Both the position numbers and the translations under genes were made by a program. 64,000 nucleotides of DNA, taken from positions 18,667 through 82,666 of the forward strand of contig DASVDC010000128.1 of NCBI GenBank assembly GCA_036381275.1, written 5' to 3'. This document shows positions 34,602-43,747 of the stretch, one piece after another. Under the pieces are notes generated by a model that ran no database searches, was not told the origin of the DNA, and worked only from the letters and a program-made list of their open reading frames with translations. Source of the stretch: Pseudomonadales bacterium. GTDB taxonomy: Bacteria > Pseudomonadota > Gammaproteobacteria > Pseudomonadales > Azotimanducaceae. Position 1 is the stretch's first letter, and every line of letters starts with the position of its first letter.

Positions 34602-36128
34602 GTGAGCGCCGCGACCTGGACCATCGTTGCCTATCTGACCGTCGTCACGCTGCTCGGCGTCTATCTCACGCGCCGCAACCGCAGCTCCGCCGACTGGGCC
34701 ACCGCCAGCGGCGGTATGGGCGTCTGGATGATCGCCGCCGGCATCGCCGGCACCCGCATCGGCGGCGCGGGCTCGTACGGCGTCGCCGGCGACGTGATGA
34801 GTAGCGGCATCTGGAACGTCTGGTACGGCATCAACACGTTCTTCGCGTTGGCGTTGGTCGGCTTGTTCTTCGCGGTGCCCTACCGCCGCCTCGGGCTCAC
34901 CACCATCGGCGAGCTGTTCGTGCGCCGCTTCGGCCGTGCCCGCGGCGCGGTGCTGACGAGTCTCTGCGTGCAGACCGAATACCTGGTGGTGAACGTGATT
35001 GAGCCGCTGCTGATCGGCGTGATCGTCAGCAACGTCACCGGGATCCCGCTGTGGGCCGGGATCCTGATCGGCGCGTTCGTGATCATCTCCGCCACCGCTT
35101 CCTCGGGTCTCCGGGGCACCGCGCTCACCAACATCATCCACTGCGCCGTGATCATCGGCGGCCTTGGGCTCGTCGCCTGGGCCGGTATGGCGCAGATGGG
35201 CGGCTGGGCCGAGGTCGCCGAACGCGTCGACGCGCAGCTCGCCGCGGCGGGTACCGATGCGGCGAGCTGGTGGAGCTTCGTCGGCCTCGGCTGGTTCCCG
35301 ATCATCGCGATGTTCTTCAGCGCGACGATTCACACCCCGGCCGCGTCCGTGTACGTCAACTACTCGAGCTCGGCGCGGCACGAGAGCATGCTCGTGCCGT
35401 CGTTCCTGCTCGCCGGCGTGCTCGCCGCGGCGATGCCGTTTCTCGCCGCCTTGATCGGTATGGAAGCGCTGGCCCGCTATGGCCCCGACGCCGGCATTGC
35501 CGGCTACGCCAGCGTCACGCAGATCGCGCTCGACACCGGCCCGCTGATCGGCGGCGTGGCGCTCGCGGCGGTGCTCGCCGCGCTGATCTCCTCCGGCGCC
35601 CCGATCCTGCTGGCCAGCTCGACGATGTTCGTCAACGACTGGATCCCCGGCTCCGAGCGATTCTCCTCGTCGCAGAAACTGCGCGCGTACCGCTTGACGT
35701 CGGTGATCTACGGTCTGCTCGCCGCGGCCATCGCCAGCGTGTTCGGCTACTTCCTCGGCACCGCCTCGGTGCTCGAATGGCTGCTGCTCGGGTTCGCGAT
35801 GGTGGTCCCGCCGGCGATCGCGATCGGCTACGTGTTCTACGTCCCCTCCACCACCGAGGCGGGCGTCTTCTGGGGCATCGCCAGCGGTTACGGGCTCGGG
35901 CTCGCCGCGTGGGCCGTGAACGAGACGCTCCTCGGGCTGGAGGTGGACGTGGCGTCCTACTTCACGACGCTCGTCCCGCTGGTGGTGATCCCGGCGGTGT
36001 CCGCGCTGACCCGCAGCGCCGGTCCGGACCCTCTCGCCGAGCCCTTCTATCGCCGCCTGCGCACCCCGGCCGAGCGGCCGGATGCCGGTCTGCTGCCGAC
36101 GGCCGCCGATGCGCCCCGTGGGCATTGA
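34602..36128 (+). CDS. sodium:solute symporter (SSS) family transporter
   Basis: About 13 TM segments, with an N-terminal pattern (YLTRRNRSSADWATASGGMG) typical of SSS. GTG start with a GGGAGGGGG RBS. Confidence 0.85.
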   Translation: MSAATWTIVAYLTVVTLLGVYLTRRNRSSADWATASGGMGVWMIAAGIAGTRIGGAGSYGVAGDVMSSGIWNVWYGINTFFALALVGLFFAVPYRRLGLTTIGELFVRRFGRARGAVLTSLCVQTEYLVVNVIEPLLIGVIVSNVTGIPLWAGILIGAFVIISATASSGLRGTALTNIIHCAVIIGGLGLVAWAGMAQMGGWAEVAERVDAQLAAAGTDAASWWSFVGLGWFPIIAMFFSATIHTPAASVYVNYSSSARHESMLVPSFLLAGVLAAAMPFLAALIGMEALARYGPDAGIAGYASVTQIALDTGPLIGGVALAAVLAALISSGAPILLASSTMFVNDWIPGSERFSSSQKLRAYRLTSVIYGLLAAAIASVFGYFLGTASVLEWLLLGFAMVVPPAIAIGYVFYVPSTTEAGVFWGIASGYGLGLAAWAVNETLLGLEVDVASYFTTLVPLVVIPAVSALTRSAGPDPLAEPFYRRLRTPAERPDAGLLPTAADAPRGH

Positions 36129-36146
36129 GGGGTGCGCCCCGTCGAA

Positions 36147-36182
36147 GGCATGAAATCTGCAGCAGGCATGGAATCTGCAACG
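36147..36182 (+). repeat. tandem 18-bp direct repeat in the intergenic region
   Basis: GGCATGAAATCTGCAGCA / GGCATGGAATCTGCAACG (16/18 identical), about 80 nt upstream of the carbohydrate gene cluster. Confidence 0.6.
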
Positions 36183-36263
36183 ACGGCGGCAGACAATGGC
36201 GCCCCGAGAGGCAGTCGGCACCGAACCGACTGATTTGCCCGGCGGGCAGACACTAAGGGACTG

Positions 36264-37667
36264 ATGAGACCATCCACACTGTTCGTACCGGTGGAGAGCC
36301 GCGTCCGCGAGTTGGACGCAAAGGTGCTGCTGTCGGCGGTTGCCGCCGAGCGCGGCTTCCCGGTGGTGATGGGCTCCCGCCAGGAGCTGAATTTCGCGAT
36401 CCCCCGGATGCCGCAGGGCGTGTTCTTCGCGAAGAGCATGCGCTTCACCAGCGATCTGATGACCGGCCTGCTCCAGGGACTCGGCCATCACATCGTCGCG
36501 ACCGACGAGGAGAGCCTCGTACGCTTCTCCTCCCCCGAGTATTACGGCTGGCGCTTCTCCCCGGGCACGTTCCGGCCGCTGCGCCATCTGTTCGCGTGGG
36601 GGGAAGACGACGCCGCGCTGTTCCGCTCCTATCCGGGCCGCAGCGAGTCCACCGCCGTCCACGTCACCGGCAACCCGCGGGTCGACCTGCTGCGCGAGGA
36701 CGTGCGCGGCATCTTCCAGCCGGAGGCGGACGAGCTGCGGCGCCGGCATGGCCGGTTCATCCTGATCAACACGAACTTTCCGTTCGTGAATGCGTTCGTG
36801 AAGGAGCTGAACCTGATCCTGCGGAGCGGCGGCGAGCCCCGGGTGAGCCGCACCGGCCACGGCATGAGTCTCGAGTTCGCGCTCGGCATGGAACGCCACG
36901 TCCAGGCGATCTTCCAGGCGTTCGCGGACCTGATGCCGAAGCTCTCGCGCGCGTTCCCGGACCATACCGTGGTGCTGCGCCCTCACCCGTCCGAGGATCA
37001 CGACGTGTGGCGCCGGATCACCGCCGGACTCGACAACGTGCAGGTGCTGCACGACGGCAACGTGGTGCCGTGGCTGATGGCGTGCGACGTGCTGCTGCAC
37101 AACGGCTGTACCACCGCGGTGGAGGGTGCGCTGCTCGGCACGCCGGCAATCGCGTACCGTCCTGTACAGGCTGCCTGCTACGACTACCACCTGCCGAACA
37201 ATCTGAGCGTGCAGACCTTCACCGAGGACGCGACGCTCGATGCGATCGCCGAGGTACTGAGCGGCCGCAGCCGCGGCATCGCGGCCGACGAGCGTAAGCG
37301 TGTGCTGTCGCCGCACATTGCGCTGCAGCCGGAGAAGCTGGCCGCCGAGCGCATCGTCGACGTGCTTGAAGCGGACGGCTACCTCGAGCGCAGCCCCGCA
37401 CGGCCGAACCGGCTCCGCCGTCTGCGCAGTTGGGTGGTCACCCAGGTGCGCACCGGCGTGAAACGCTTCAACCGGCTGCGCCCGAACCACCGCAACAGCC
37501 TCGCGTACCTGCGGCACCGGTTCCCGCCGCTGACCACCGAAGACGTGGAGAATCGGCTGCAGTCGCTGCGCGAGCGGCTGCATCGATTCGACGGCATCCG
37601 GGCTCGGCCGGTGGGGCCGGACCTGTTCGCGATCGAGCGCGCCGGCCTGCGGGTACCGGAATCGTGA
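36264..37667 (+). CDS. surface-carbohydrate biosynthesis protein (TIGR04396-like, from memory)
   Basis: 467-aa protein starting FVPVESRVRELDAKVLL. The assignment rests mainly on my recollection that this family accompanies NeuB/cytidylyltransferase pairs. Its stop overlaps a possible GTG start of the next gene. Confidence 0.5.
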   Translation: MRPSTLFVPVESRVRELDAKVLLSAVAAERGFPVVMGSRQELNFAIPRMPQGVFFAKSMRFTSDLMTGLLQGLGHHIVATDEESLVRFSSPEYYGWRFSPGTFRPLRHLFAWGEDDAALFRSYPGRSESTAVHVTGNPRVDLLREDVRGIFQPEADELRRRHGRFILINTNFPFVNAFVKELNLILRSGGEPRVSRTGHGMSLEFALGMERHVQAIFQAFADLMPKLSRAFPDHTVVLRPHPSEDHDVWRRITAGLDNVQVLHDGNVVPWLMACDVLLHNGCTTAVEGALLGTPAIAYRPVQAACYDYHLPNNLSVQTFTEDATLDAIAEVLSGRSRGIAADERKRVLSPHIALQPEKLAAERIVDVLEADGYLERSPARPNRLRRLRSWVVTQVRTGVKRFNRLRPNHRNSLAYLRHRFPPLTTEDVENRLQSLRERLHRFDGIRARPVGPDLFAIERAGLRVPES

Positions 37668-37678
37668 ACGACGCCGCA

Positions 37679-38401
37679 ATGAAGCCGGAACGCCCGCCGC
37701 GCGGCGTGCTGGCGCTGATCCCGGCACGCAGCGGCTCGAAGTCGGTGCCGCACAAGAACATCCGCCCGTTCGCGGGCAAGCCGATGCTCGCGCATTCCAT
37801 CGAGCACGCGCACGCGGCGCGCTGCGTCGACCGGGTCATCGTCAGCACCGACAGCGAGCAGTACGCCGAGATCGCCCGGTCGTACGGCGCGGAAACCCCG
37901 TTCCTGCGCCCGGCCGAGCTCGCCGCCGACGACTCCACCGATCTCGTGGTGTTCCGCCATGCGCTCGACTGGCTCCGGGAGCACGAGCGGTGGCAACCGG
38001 AGATCGTCGTGCACCTGCGGCCCACCTACCCGACGCGGAACCCAGCGGACATCGACCGGGTGGTGGATATCCTGCGCGCGGACGAGACGCTCGACTCGGT
38101 GCGCACGGTGGCGCCGGCGCCGGCGACGCCGTTCAAGATGTGGCTGCGCGGCGAGGACGGGCTGCTCACGCCGGTCGTCGACCGCGGCGACGAAGCGTAC
38201 AACAGGCCGCGGCAGGCGCTGCCCCCGGTTTTTCTGCAGAACGCCTGCATCGACGCGGTGCGGTCGCGGGTGATTCTGGAGCAGCACTCCATGACCGGTC
38301 GGCGCATCTACGGCTACGTGCTCGACGAGAACCTGGACATCGACACTCCGGAGGATCTGGAAGTCGCACTGGCCAGCATGGAGACCCGTCGCGGGTCATG
38401 A
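37679..38401 (+). CDS. acylneuraminate (nonulosonate) cytidylyltransferase family protein
   Basis: The N-terminus LALIPARSGSKSVPHKNIRPFAGKPMLAHSI is the CMP-NeuAc/KDO synthetase signature. An alternative GTG start at 37664 overlaps the upstream stop. Confidence 0.85.
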   Translation: MKPERPPRGVLALIPARSGSKSVPHKNIRPFAGKPMLAHSIEHAHAARCVDRVIVSTDSEQYAEIARSYGAETPFLRPAELAADDSTDLVVFRHALDWLREHERWQPEIVVHLRPTYPTRNPADIDRVVDILRADETLDSVRTVAPAPATPFKMWLRGEDGLLTPVVDRGDEAYNRPRQALPPVFLQNACIDAVRSRVILEQHSMTGRRIYGYVLDENLDIDTPEDLEVALASMETRRGS

Positions 38402-39930
38402 CGAAGCAGGGAATTCCGATGCAGAACGCTCTTCAAAACGCCGCGTTCAACGGCTTGTTCATCTTCGAGATGGCGAACAACCACCAGGGCTCCGTGGCCC
38501 ACGGTCGCCGCATCATCGACGCGATGGCCGACATCGCGTCGCGCCACGGCATCCGCGGCGCGGTGAAGTTCCAGTACCGTGATCTCGACACCTTCATCCA
38601 TCCCGACTATCGCGAGCGCGACGACGTCGCCCACATCCCGCGCTTCCTCAGCACGCGCCTCACGGACGACGACTTCCGGACGCTGATCGAGCACGTCCGG
38701 GGCTCTGGCCTCGTGCCCGTGGTCACGCCGTTCGACGAGGCATCGGTGCAGAAGTGCCTCGATCACGGCGTCGAGATCATCAAGATCGCCTCCTGCAGCG
38801 CCACCGACTGGCCGCTTCTCGAAGCGGTGGCGTCCACCGGCAAGCCGGTGATCGCGTCCACCGGCGGTGTGCCGGTTCACGACATCGACAAGCTGGTGAG
38901 CTTCTTCCAGCACCGCTCGGTGCGCTTCGCGCTGATGCATTGCGTGTCCATCTACCCGACGCCGAACGACTGCCTGCAGATGAGCTTCCTCGCGAAGATG
39001 AAGAGCCGCTATCCGGGCGTCCCGATCGGCTATTCGGGCCACGAAGATCCGGACAACCGTGAGGTGGTCGTCGCCGCGATCGCGAAGGGTGCCGATCTGC
39101 TCGAGCGCCACGTCGGGGTCGCGACGGACACGATCACGCTGAACAAGTACTCGATGAACCCGCAGCAGACCGATGCCTGGGTGGCGGCGGCGCTCCGCGC
39201 CCGGGCGATCTGCGGTGACGGCGGGCCGAAGCAGGTCACCGAGGAAGAACGGGAATCGCTACGTTCGCTCGAGCGCGGCGTCTACGCGAGAAGGCCGATC
39301 CGCGCCGGGCAACCGATCGAGCCGGGCGACGTGTTCTTCGCGATGCCGCGCCAGCCCGGGCAGCTCACCTCCGGCGAGTTCGGCCGTTACCGCGCCACGT
39401 TCCACGCGTCCCGCGACTACGCGCCCGGCGAGGCGCTGACGGAACGTGCGAGTGACGACCCGGTGCTGGACGTGCGCGAGGCGCTGCACGACGCGAAGGG
39501 CATGCTGTACGAGGCCCAGATCAAAATCGGCGAGACGGATCAGGTCGAGCTCTCCCACCACTACGGCATGGAGCGGTTCCGCGAGGTCGGCGCCGTGTTC
39601 GTCCACGTGGTGAACCGCGAGTACTGCAAGAAGCTCGGCGTGATGCTGCCCGGTCAGCGCCATCCGGTGCACCGCCACCAGCGGAAGGAAGAGACCTTCC
39701 AACTGCTCTGGGGCGATCTGTCCGTGCAGCGGGACGGCGAGGTGTTCGATCTGCAGCCCGGTGACAAGCTGGTGATCGAGCGGGGAATGCCGCACGCGTT
39801 CTGGAGCCGCAACGGCGGCATCTTCGAGGAGATCTCCACCACCGACGTGCGCGGCGATTCGCTCTACGAGGACGCCGCGATCAACCGCCTGGATCCGATG
39901 CAGCGGAAGACGTTCCTCGAATCCTGGTGA
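38398..39930 (+). CDS. N-acetylneuraminate-synthase-family (NeuB-like) protein with SAF domain and C-terminal cupin
   Basis: NeuB core (IFEMANNHQGS...VKFQ...IKIASCS...GYSGHE), a SAF-like segment (ARRPIRAGQPIEPGDVFF), then a cupin (GQRHPVHRHQRKEETFQLLWG...GMPHAFW). ATGA overlap with the upstream gene. Confidence 0.85.
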   Translation: MTKQGIPMQNALQNAAFNGLFIFEMANNHQGSVAHGRRIIDAMADIASRHGIRGAVKFQYRDLDTFIHPDYRERDDVAHIPRFLSTRLTDDDFRTLIEHVRGSGLVPVVTPFDEASVQKCLDHGVEIIKIASCSATDWPLLEAVASTGKPVIASTGGVPVHDIDKLVSFFQHRSVRFALMHCVSIYPTPNDCLQMSFLAKMKSRYPGVPIGYSGHEDPDNREVVVAAIAKGADLLERHVGVATDTITLNKYSMNPQQTDAWVAAALRARAICGDGGPKQVTEEERESLRSLERGVYARRPIRAGQPIEPGDVFFAMPRQPGQLTSGEFGRYRATFHASRDYAPGEALTERASDDPVLDVREALHDAKGMLYEAQIKIGETDQVELSHHYGMERFREVGAVFVHVVNREYCKKLGVMLPGQRHPVHRHQRKEETFQLLWGDLSVQRDGEVFDLQPGDKLVIERGMPHAFWSRNGGIFEEISTTDVRGDSLYEDAAINRLDPMQRKTFLESW

Positions 39931-39955
39931 TGCGCGAAGTCGCGCAGCCGGGCCG

Positions 39956-41644
39956 CTACGAGAGCTCGGCGCCGTAGCGCTCCCGCGCCGCCTGCGCCGA
40001 GACGAGCCCGGCCCGCAGATCCTCGGCGAGCCGCTCCGGCTCCCGCCGCGACGGATCGCCGATGCCGCCGCCCCCGGGCGTTTCCATCACCAGCACGTGC
40101 CCCCCCGGAACCTCGTCGCGGCCCTTGCCGCGGAGCACCGTTTGCCGGCCCTCCGCGTCGCGCAGGTAGACCCGACCCGGAGCGCCCGCGGCGCCGCCCT
40201 GCCGGCCTCGAGCCGGATGCTGCACCCGGTCGAACATCTTCGAAACCACGAACGGCGCACCGTCGCGGTGGCCGACCTCGATCACCTGGCCGAGGCCGCC
40301 GCGCAGCTCGCCCGGCCCGCCGGAGTCGATGCGGTACTCGCGCCGCCAGATCACGAGCGGCGTGGTCACCTCGTTCACCTCGGTGGGCGTGGTGCGTACG
40401 CCCGACGGGAACGCGGTGGTGGAGAGCCCGTCCTTGCCCGGCCGCGCCCCGGTGCCGCCGTTGTAGATCGGGTTGGTCACGAACGGCACGTGCGCGTCGC
40501 CGCGCCCCTCGGCGTGGCCGCTGCGGAACACCGGATTCCAGATGCACGACGCGCCCTCCGCGGGCACCCGCCCCGGTAGTACCTGGTCGAGGCACCCGAG
40601 AATCACGTCCGGCAGCATCTGCCCGAGCGCGTGACGGGCCGATACCGCGCGCGGCGGACGGGCGTTCAGGATCGAGCCCTCCGGCGCGGTCACCCGGATC
40701 GTGCGCAGCGAACCGGCGTTGTTGGGCACGTCGTTGCCCACCACGCAGCGCACGCCGAACGACGCGTAGGCTTCCGTGTACGGCATTGGGACGTTGATGC
40801 CGTACGGCGACTCGGGCGACGTGCCGGCGAAATCCACCAGGATCCCGTCGCGCGCGATGACCAGGCGGCAAACCAGATCGATCGGCGTGTCGTAGCCGTC
40901 GACGCGCATGCGGTTCTCGTATTCGCCCGGCGGCAACGCGGCGATCTCGTCGAGCATGGCCTGCTCGGACAGCGCGAGGATCTCGCCGCCCGCCCGTTCG
41001 AGCCCGTCGAGACCGAAGTCGTCGAGCATCTCGACGAGCTGTGCCGCGCCACTGTCGTTGCACGCGGCGAGCGAGTACAGATCGCCCTCCGCCACCACCG
41101 GATCGCGGACGTTGCGGGCGATGATCCGGAGCAGCGTCTCGTCCCGCCGGCCTTCGCGGAACAGATGCATGATCGGGATCTGCAGGCCTTCCTCGTAAAG
41201 GTCGTTGGCATCCGGGCCGAAGCCGCGCCCGCCGACGTCGGCGATGTGGCTGGTCGACGCGAACAAGGCGACGCACCGGCCGCGATGGTAGACGGGGGTC
41301 ACCACCGTGAAGTCGTTCAGGTGTCCGGTCCCGTCCCAGGGGTCGTTGGTCAGCAGCACGTCGCCCGGCTTCAGGCTCTCGAGCGCATGGGCGCGCAGGA
41401 ACTTGCCGACCGACGCCGCCATCGCGTTGACGTGACCCGGCGTACCGGTGACCGCCTGCGCGAGCATGCGCCCCTCGGTATCGAACACGCCGGCCGACAG
41501 GTCGCCGGCTTCACGCACCACCGTCGAGAACGCGGTGCGCATCAGCGTCTGGGCCTGCTCCTCGACGATCGCGAGCAACCGGTTCCAGACGAGTTGGGTC
41601 TCCAGCCGGGCGAGCCCGGCCTTCGGATCGCGCTCGCGGTTCAC
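39956..41644 (-). CDS. hyuB: hydantoinase B / oxoprolinase family protein
   Basis: Family pattern (LVWNRLLAIVEEQAQTLMRTAFSTVVREAGDLSAGVFD). GTG 41644 overlaps the HyuA stop (GTGA). Confidence 0.9.
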   Translation of the reverse strand: MNRERDPKAGLARLETQLVWNRLLAIVEEQAQTLMRTAFSTVVREAGDLSAGVFDTEGRMLAQAVTGTPGHVNAMAASVGKFLRAHALESLKPGDVLLTNDPWDGTGHLNDFTVVTPVYHRGRCVALFASTSHIADVGGRGFGPDANDLYEEGLQIPIMHLFREGRRDETLLRIIARNVRDPVVAEGDLYSLAACNDSGAAQLVEMLDDFGLDGLERAGGEILALSEQAMLDEIAALPPGEYENRMRVDGYDTPIDLVCRLVIARDGILVDFAGTSPESPYGINVPMPYTEAYASFGVRCVVGNDVPNNAGSLRTIRVTAPEGSILNARPPRAVSARHALGQMLPDVILGCLDQVLPGRVPAEGASCIWNPVFRSGHAEGRGDAHVPFVTNPIYNGGTGARPGKDGLSTTAFPSGVRTTPTEVNEVTTPLVIWRREYRIDSGGPGELRGGLGQVIEVGHRDGAPFVVSKMFDRVQHPARGRQGGAAGAPGRVYLRDAEGRQTVLRGKGRDEVPGGHVLVMETPGGGGIGDPSRREPERLAEDLRAGLVSAQAARERYGAELS

Positions 41645-43743
41645 GATCGTTCCTCCGATGAATCCGTCCGCTCCAGCACCAGGTGACCCCACGCGTCCAC
41701 CCGGAACGAGAAACCGTCGCTGACCAGCGTCGTCGTCTGGTCTTCGATCACGAGCGCCGGCCCCTGTCCCCGATGACCCGGTTCGAGCGCCTCACGCAAG
41801 AACCAAGCGGCCTCGCGCGGTGCGTTGCGACGCGCATCGAACAGCCGACAGGTCCCGGCCGCCCGGGCCGCGACGGTGGCCGGTTGCGGCCGGGGCGACG
41901 GCGGCGCCGGCTCGCGCGCCGTCAGGCTCAGCGTCCAGCTCAGGATCTCGACGTCGAGCCCCGGGATCAGCCGTCCGTAGAGGCGCCGGTACTCCGCGTC
42001 GAACGCGTCGCGCAGCGCGGCCGCGTGATCCGGTGTCAGCTCGCCGGGCGGCACCGGCACGGCGATCTCGTAGCCCTGCCCGAGGTAGCGCATGTACGCA
42101 CGGCGGCTCTCGCGCCAGCCGCCCTCCGGTGCCGCGGCGCGCACCACCGCCGCCGCCTCGTCGTACATCTCGGCCATCACCTCGTTCGCGGCCGCGGCAT
42201 CGAACGCGGACAGCCGCTGGTAGCGGCTGCGCACCACCTCGTAGCTGACCGGCGCCAGCAGAAAGCCGATCGCCGAGCCCACCCCTGCGCCCTGCGGCAC
42301 CACGATCCGGTCGATCCGGAGCTTGTCGGCGAGCTCCGCTGCGTGCAGGGGCGCCGCGCCGCCGTAGGCCACCAGCGTGCGGCCGGCCGCCTGGGTGCCC
42401 CACTCCGTCGCATGCGCCCGCGCGGCCGCCGCCATGTTCTCGTCGACGATCTGCGCGACGCCGTAGGCGCTCTGCTCCGCACCGAGACCTTGCACTTCAC
42501 CGATCCGCCGCACCAGCGCTTCCCGGGCCGCCGCACCGTCGAGCCGCAGCCGCCCGCCGGCGAAACGTTCCGGCTGGATGCGGCCGAGCACGACGTCGGC
42601 GTCGGTCACCGTCGGCTCGCGGCCGCCGCGGCCGTAGCAGGCGGGGCCGGGCTCGGAACCGGCGCTCGCCGGACCGACCCGGATGCGCTGCAGCTTGTCG
42701 ACGCTCGCGATGGAGCCGCCGCCGGCGCCGATCTCCACCATCTCGATCACCGGAATCCGCACCGGCAGGCCGCTGCCCTTCTTGAACCGGTAGACCCGGT
42801 CGACTTCGAACGAGCGGGAGAGTTGCGGCCGGCCGTGGTCGATCAGACAGATCTTCGCGGTGGTGCCGCCCATGTCGAACGACAGCACCCGGTCGAACCC
42901 GCATTCGGCGGCCACGCGAGACGCCAGAATCGCGCCGCCCGCGGGGCCGCTCTCCACGAGGCGGATCGGGTACTCGGCGGCGGTGGCGAGCGTCGTGAGG
43001 CCCCCGCCGGAGGTCATCAGCAGCACCGGACAGCCGAGGCCGAGGTCGGCCAGCTGCCGCTCGAGGCTCGAAAGATAACGGGCCATCAGCGGCTTCACGT
43101 ACGCGTTCGCGCAGGCAGTGGACAGGCGCTCGTACTCACGGATCTCCGGGCAGACGTCCGACGACAAGGTGATCGACACATCCGGCAGCGCATCCCGCAG
43201 AAACGCCGCGACCCGCTGCTCGTGCGCGGGGTTCGCGTACGAGTGCAGCAGGCCCACCGCGATGCTCTCCACGCGCTCGGCGCGCAGCACCGGCACCAGC
43301 GCCTCGAGCGAGCCGAGCTCCAGCGGCCGCAGCACCGCGCCGCCGGCGCCGATCCGTTCCCGCACCGGCAGGCGCAGCCAGCGCGGCACCAGCGGCGCCG
43401 GGCGATCGATCTGGATGTCGTACTGCTCGAAGCGGTTCTCGAAGGCCATCTCCAGCGCGTCACGATGCCCTTCGGTGGTGAGCAGCGCCGTCACGGCACC
43501 GCGCCGCTCGATCAGTGCGTTGGTGGCGAGCGTGGTGCCGTGCAGCAGCAGGCCGATTTCCGCCGGTGCGGCACCGGCCTGCTCCAGCACCTGGCGGATG
43601 CCGGCGAGCACACCGTTTGCCGGGTCGTCGTAGGTGGTCAGCACTTTGGTGGTGCACGGCAGGGCCCCGTCCAGGCCTTCGAGGACCACGTCCGTGAACG
43701 TGCCGCCGATGTCGACGGCCAGGCGCCGTTTGGGTCGACTCAT
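41641..43743 (-). CDS. hyuA: hydantoinase A / oxoprolinase family protein
   Basis: N-terminus RLAVDIGGTFTDVV. About 700 aa. Start at ATG 43743. Confidence 0.9.
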   Translation of the reverse strand: MSRPKRRLAVDIGGTFTDVVLEGLDGALPCTTKVLTTYDDPANGVLAGIRQVLEQAGAAPAEIGLLLHGTTLATNALIERRGAVTALLTTEGHRDALEMAFENRFEQYDIQIDRPAPLVPRWLRLPVRERIGAGGAVLRPLELGSLEALVPVLRAERVESIAVGLLHSYANPAHEQRVAAFLRDALPDVSITLSSDVCPEIREYERLSTACANAYVKPLMARYLSSLERQLADLGLGCPVLLMTSGGGLTTLATAAEYPIRLVESGPAGGAILASRVAAECGFDRVLSFDMGGTTAKICLIDHGRPQLSRSFEVDRVYRFKKGSGLPVRIPVIEMVEIGAGGGSIASVDKLQRIRVGPASAGSEPGPACYGRGGREPTVTDADVVLGRIQPERFAGGRLRLDGAAAREALVRRIGEVQGLGAEQSAYGVAQIVDENMAAAARAHATEWGTQAAGRTLVAYGGAAPLHAAELADKLRIDRIVVPQGAGVGSAIGFLLAPVSYEVVRSRYQRLSAFDAAAANEVMAEMYDEAAAVVRAAAPEGGWRESRRAYMRYLGQGYEIAVPVPPGELTPDHAAALRDAFDAEYRRLYGRLIPGLDVEILSWTLSLTAREPAPPSPRPQPATVAARAAGTCRLFDARRNAPREAAWFLREALEPGHRGQGPALVIEDQTTTLVSDGFSFRVDAWGHLVLERTDSSEERS

Positions 43744-43747
43744 CCCG

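Noticed and set aside
34134-37727. 1197-aa ORF on the minus strand, the longest in the track
   Set aside because: It is antisense to a well-supported SSS transporter and the carbohydrate genes. Its composition is dominated by Arg/Ala/Gly/His/Pro with no motifs. This is a typical stop-codon-poor shadow frame of GC-rich DNA.
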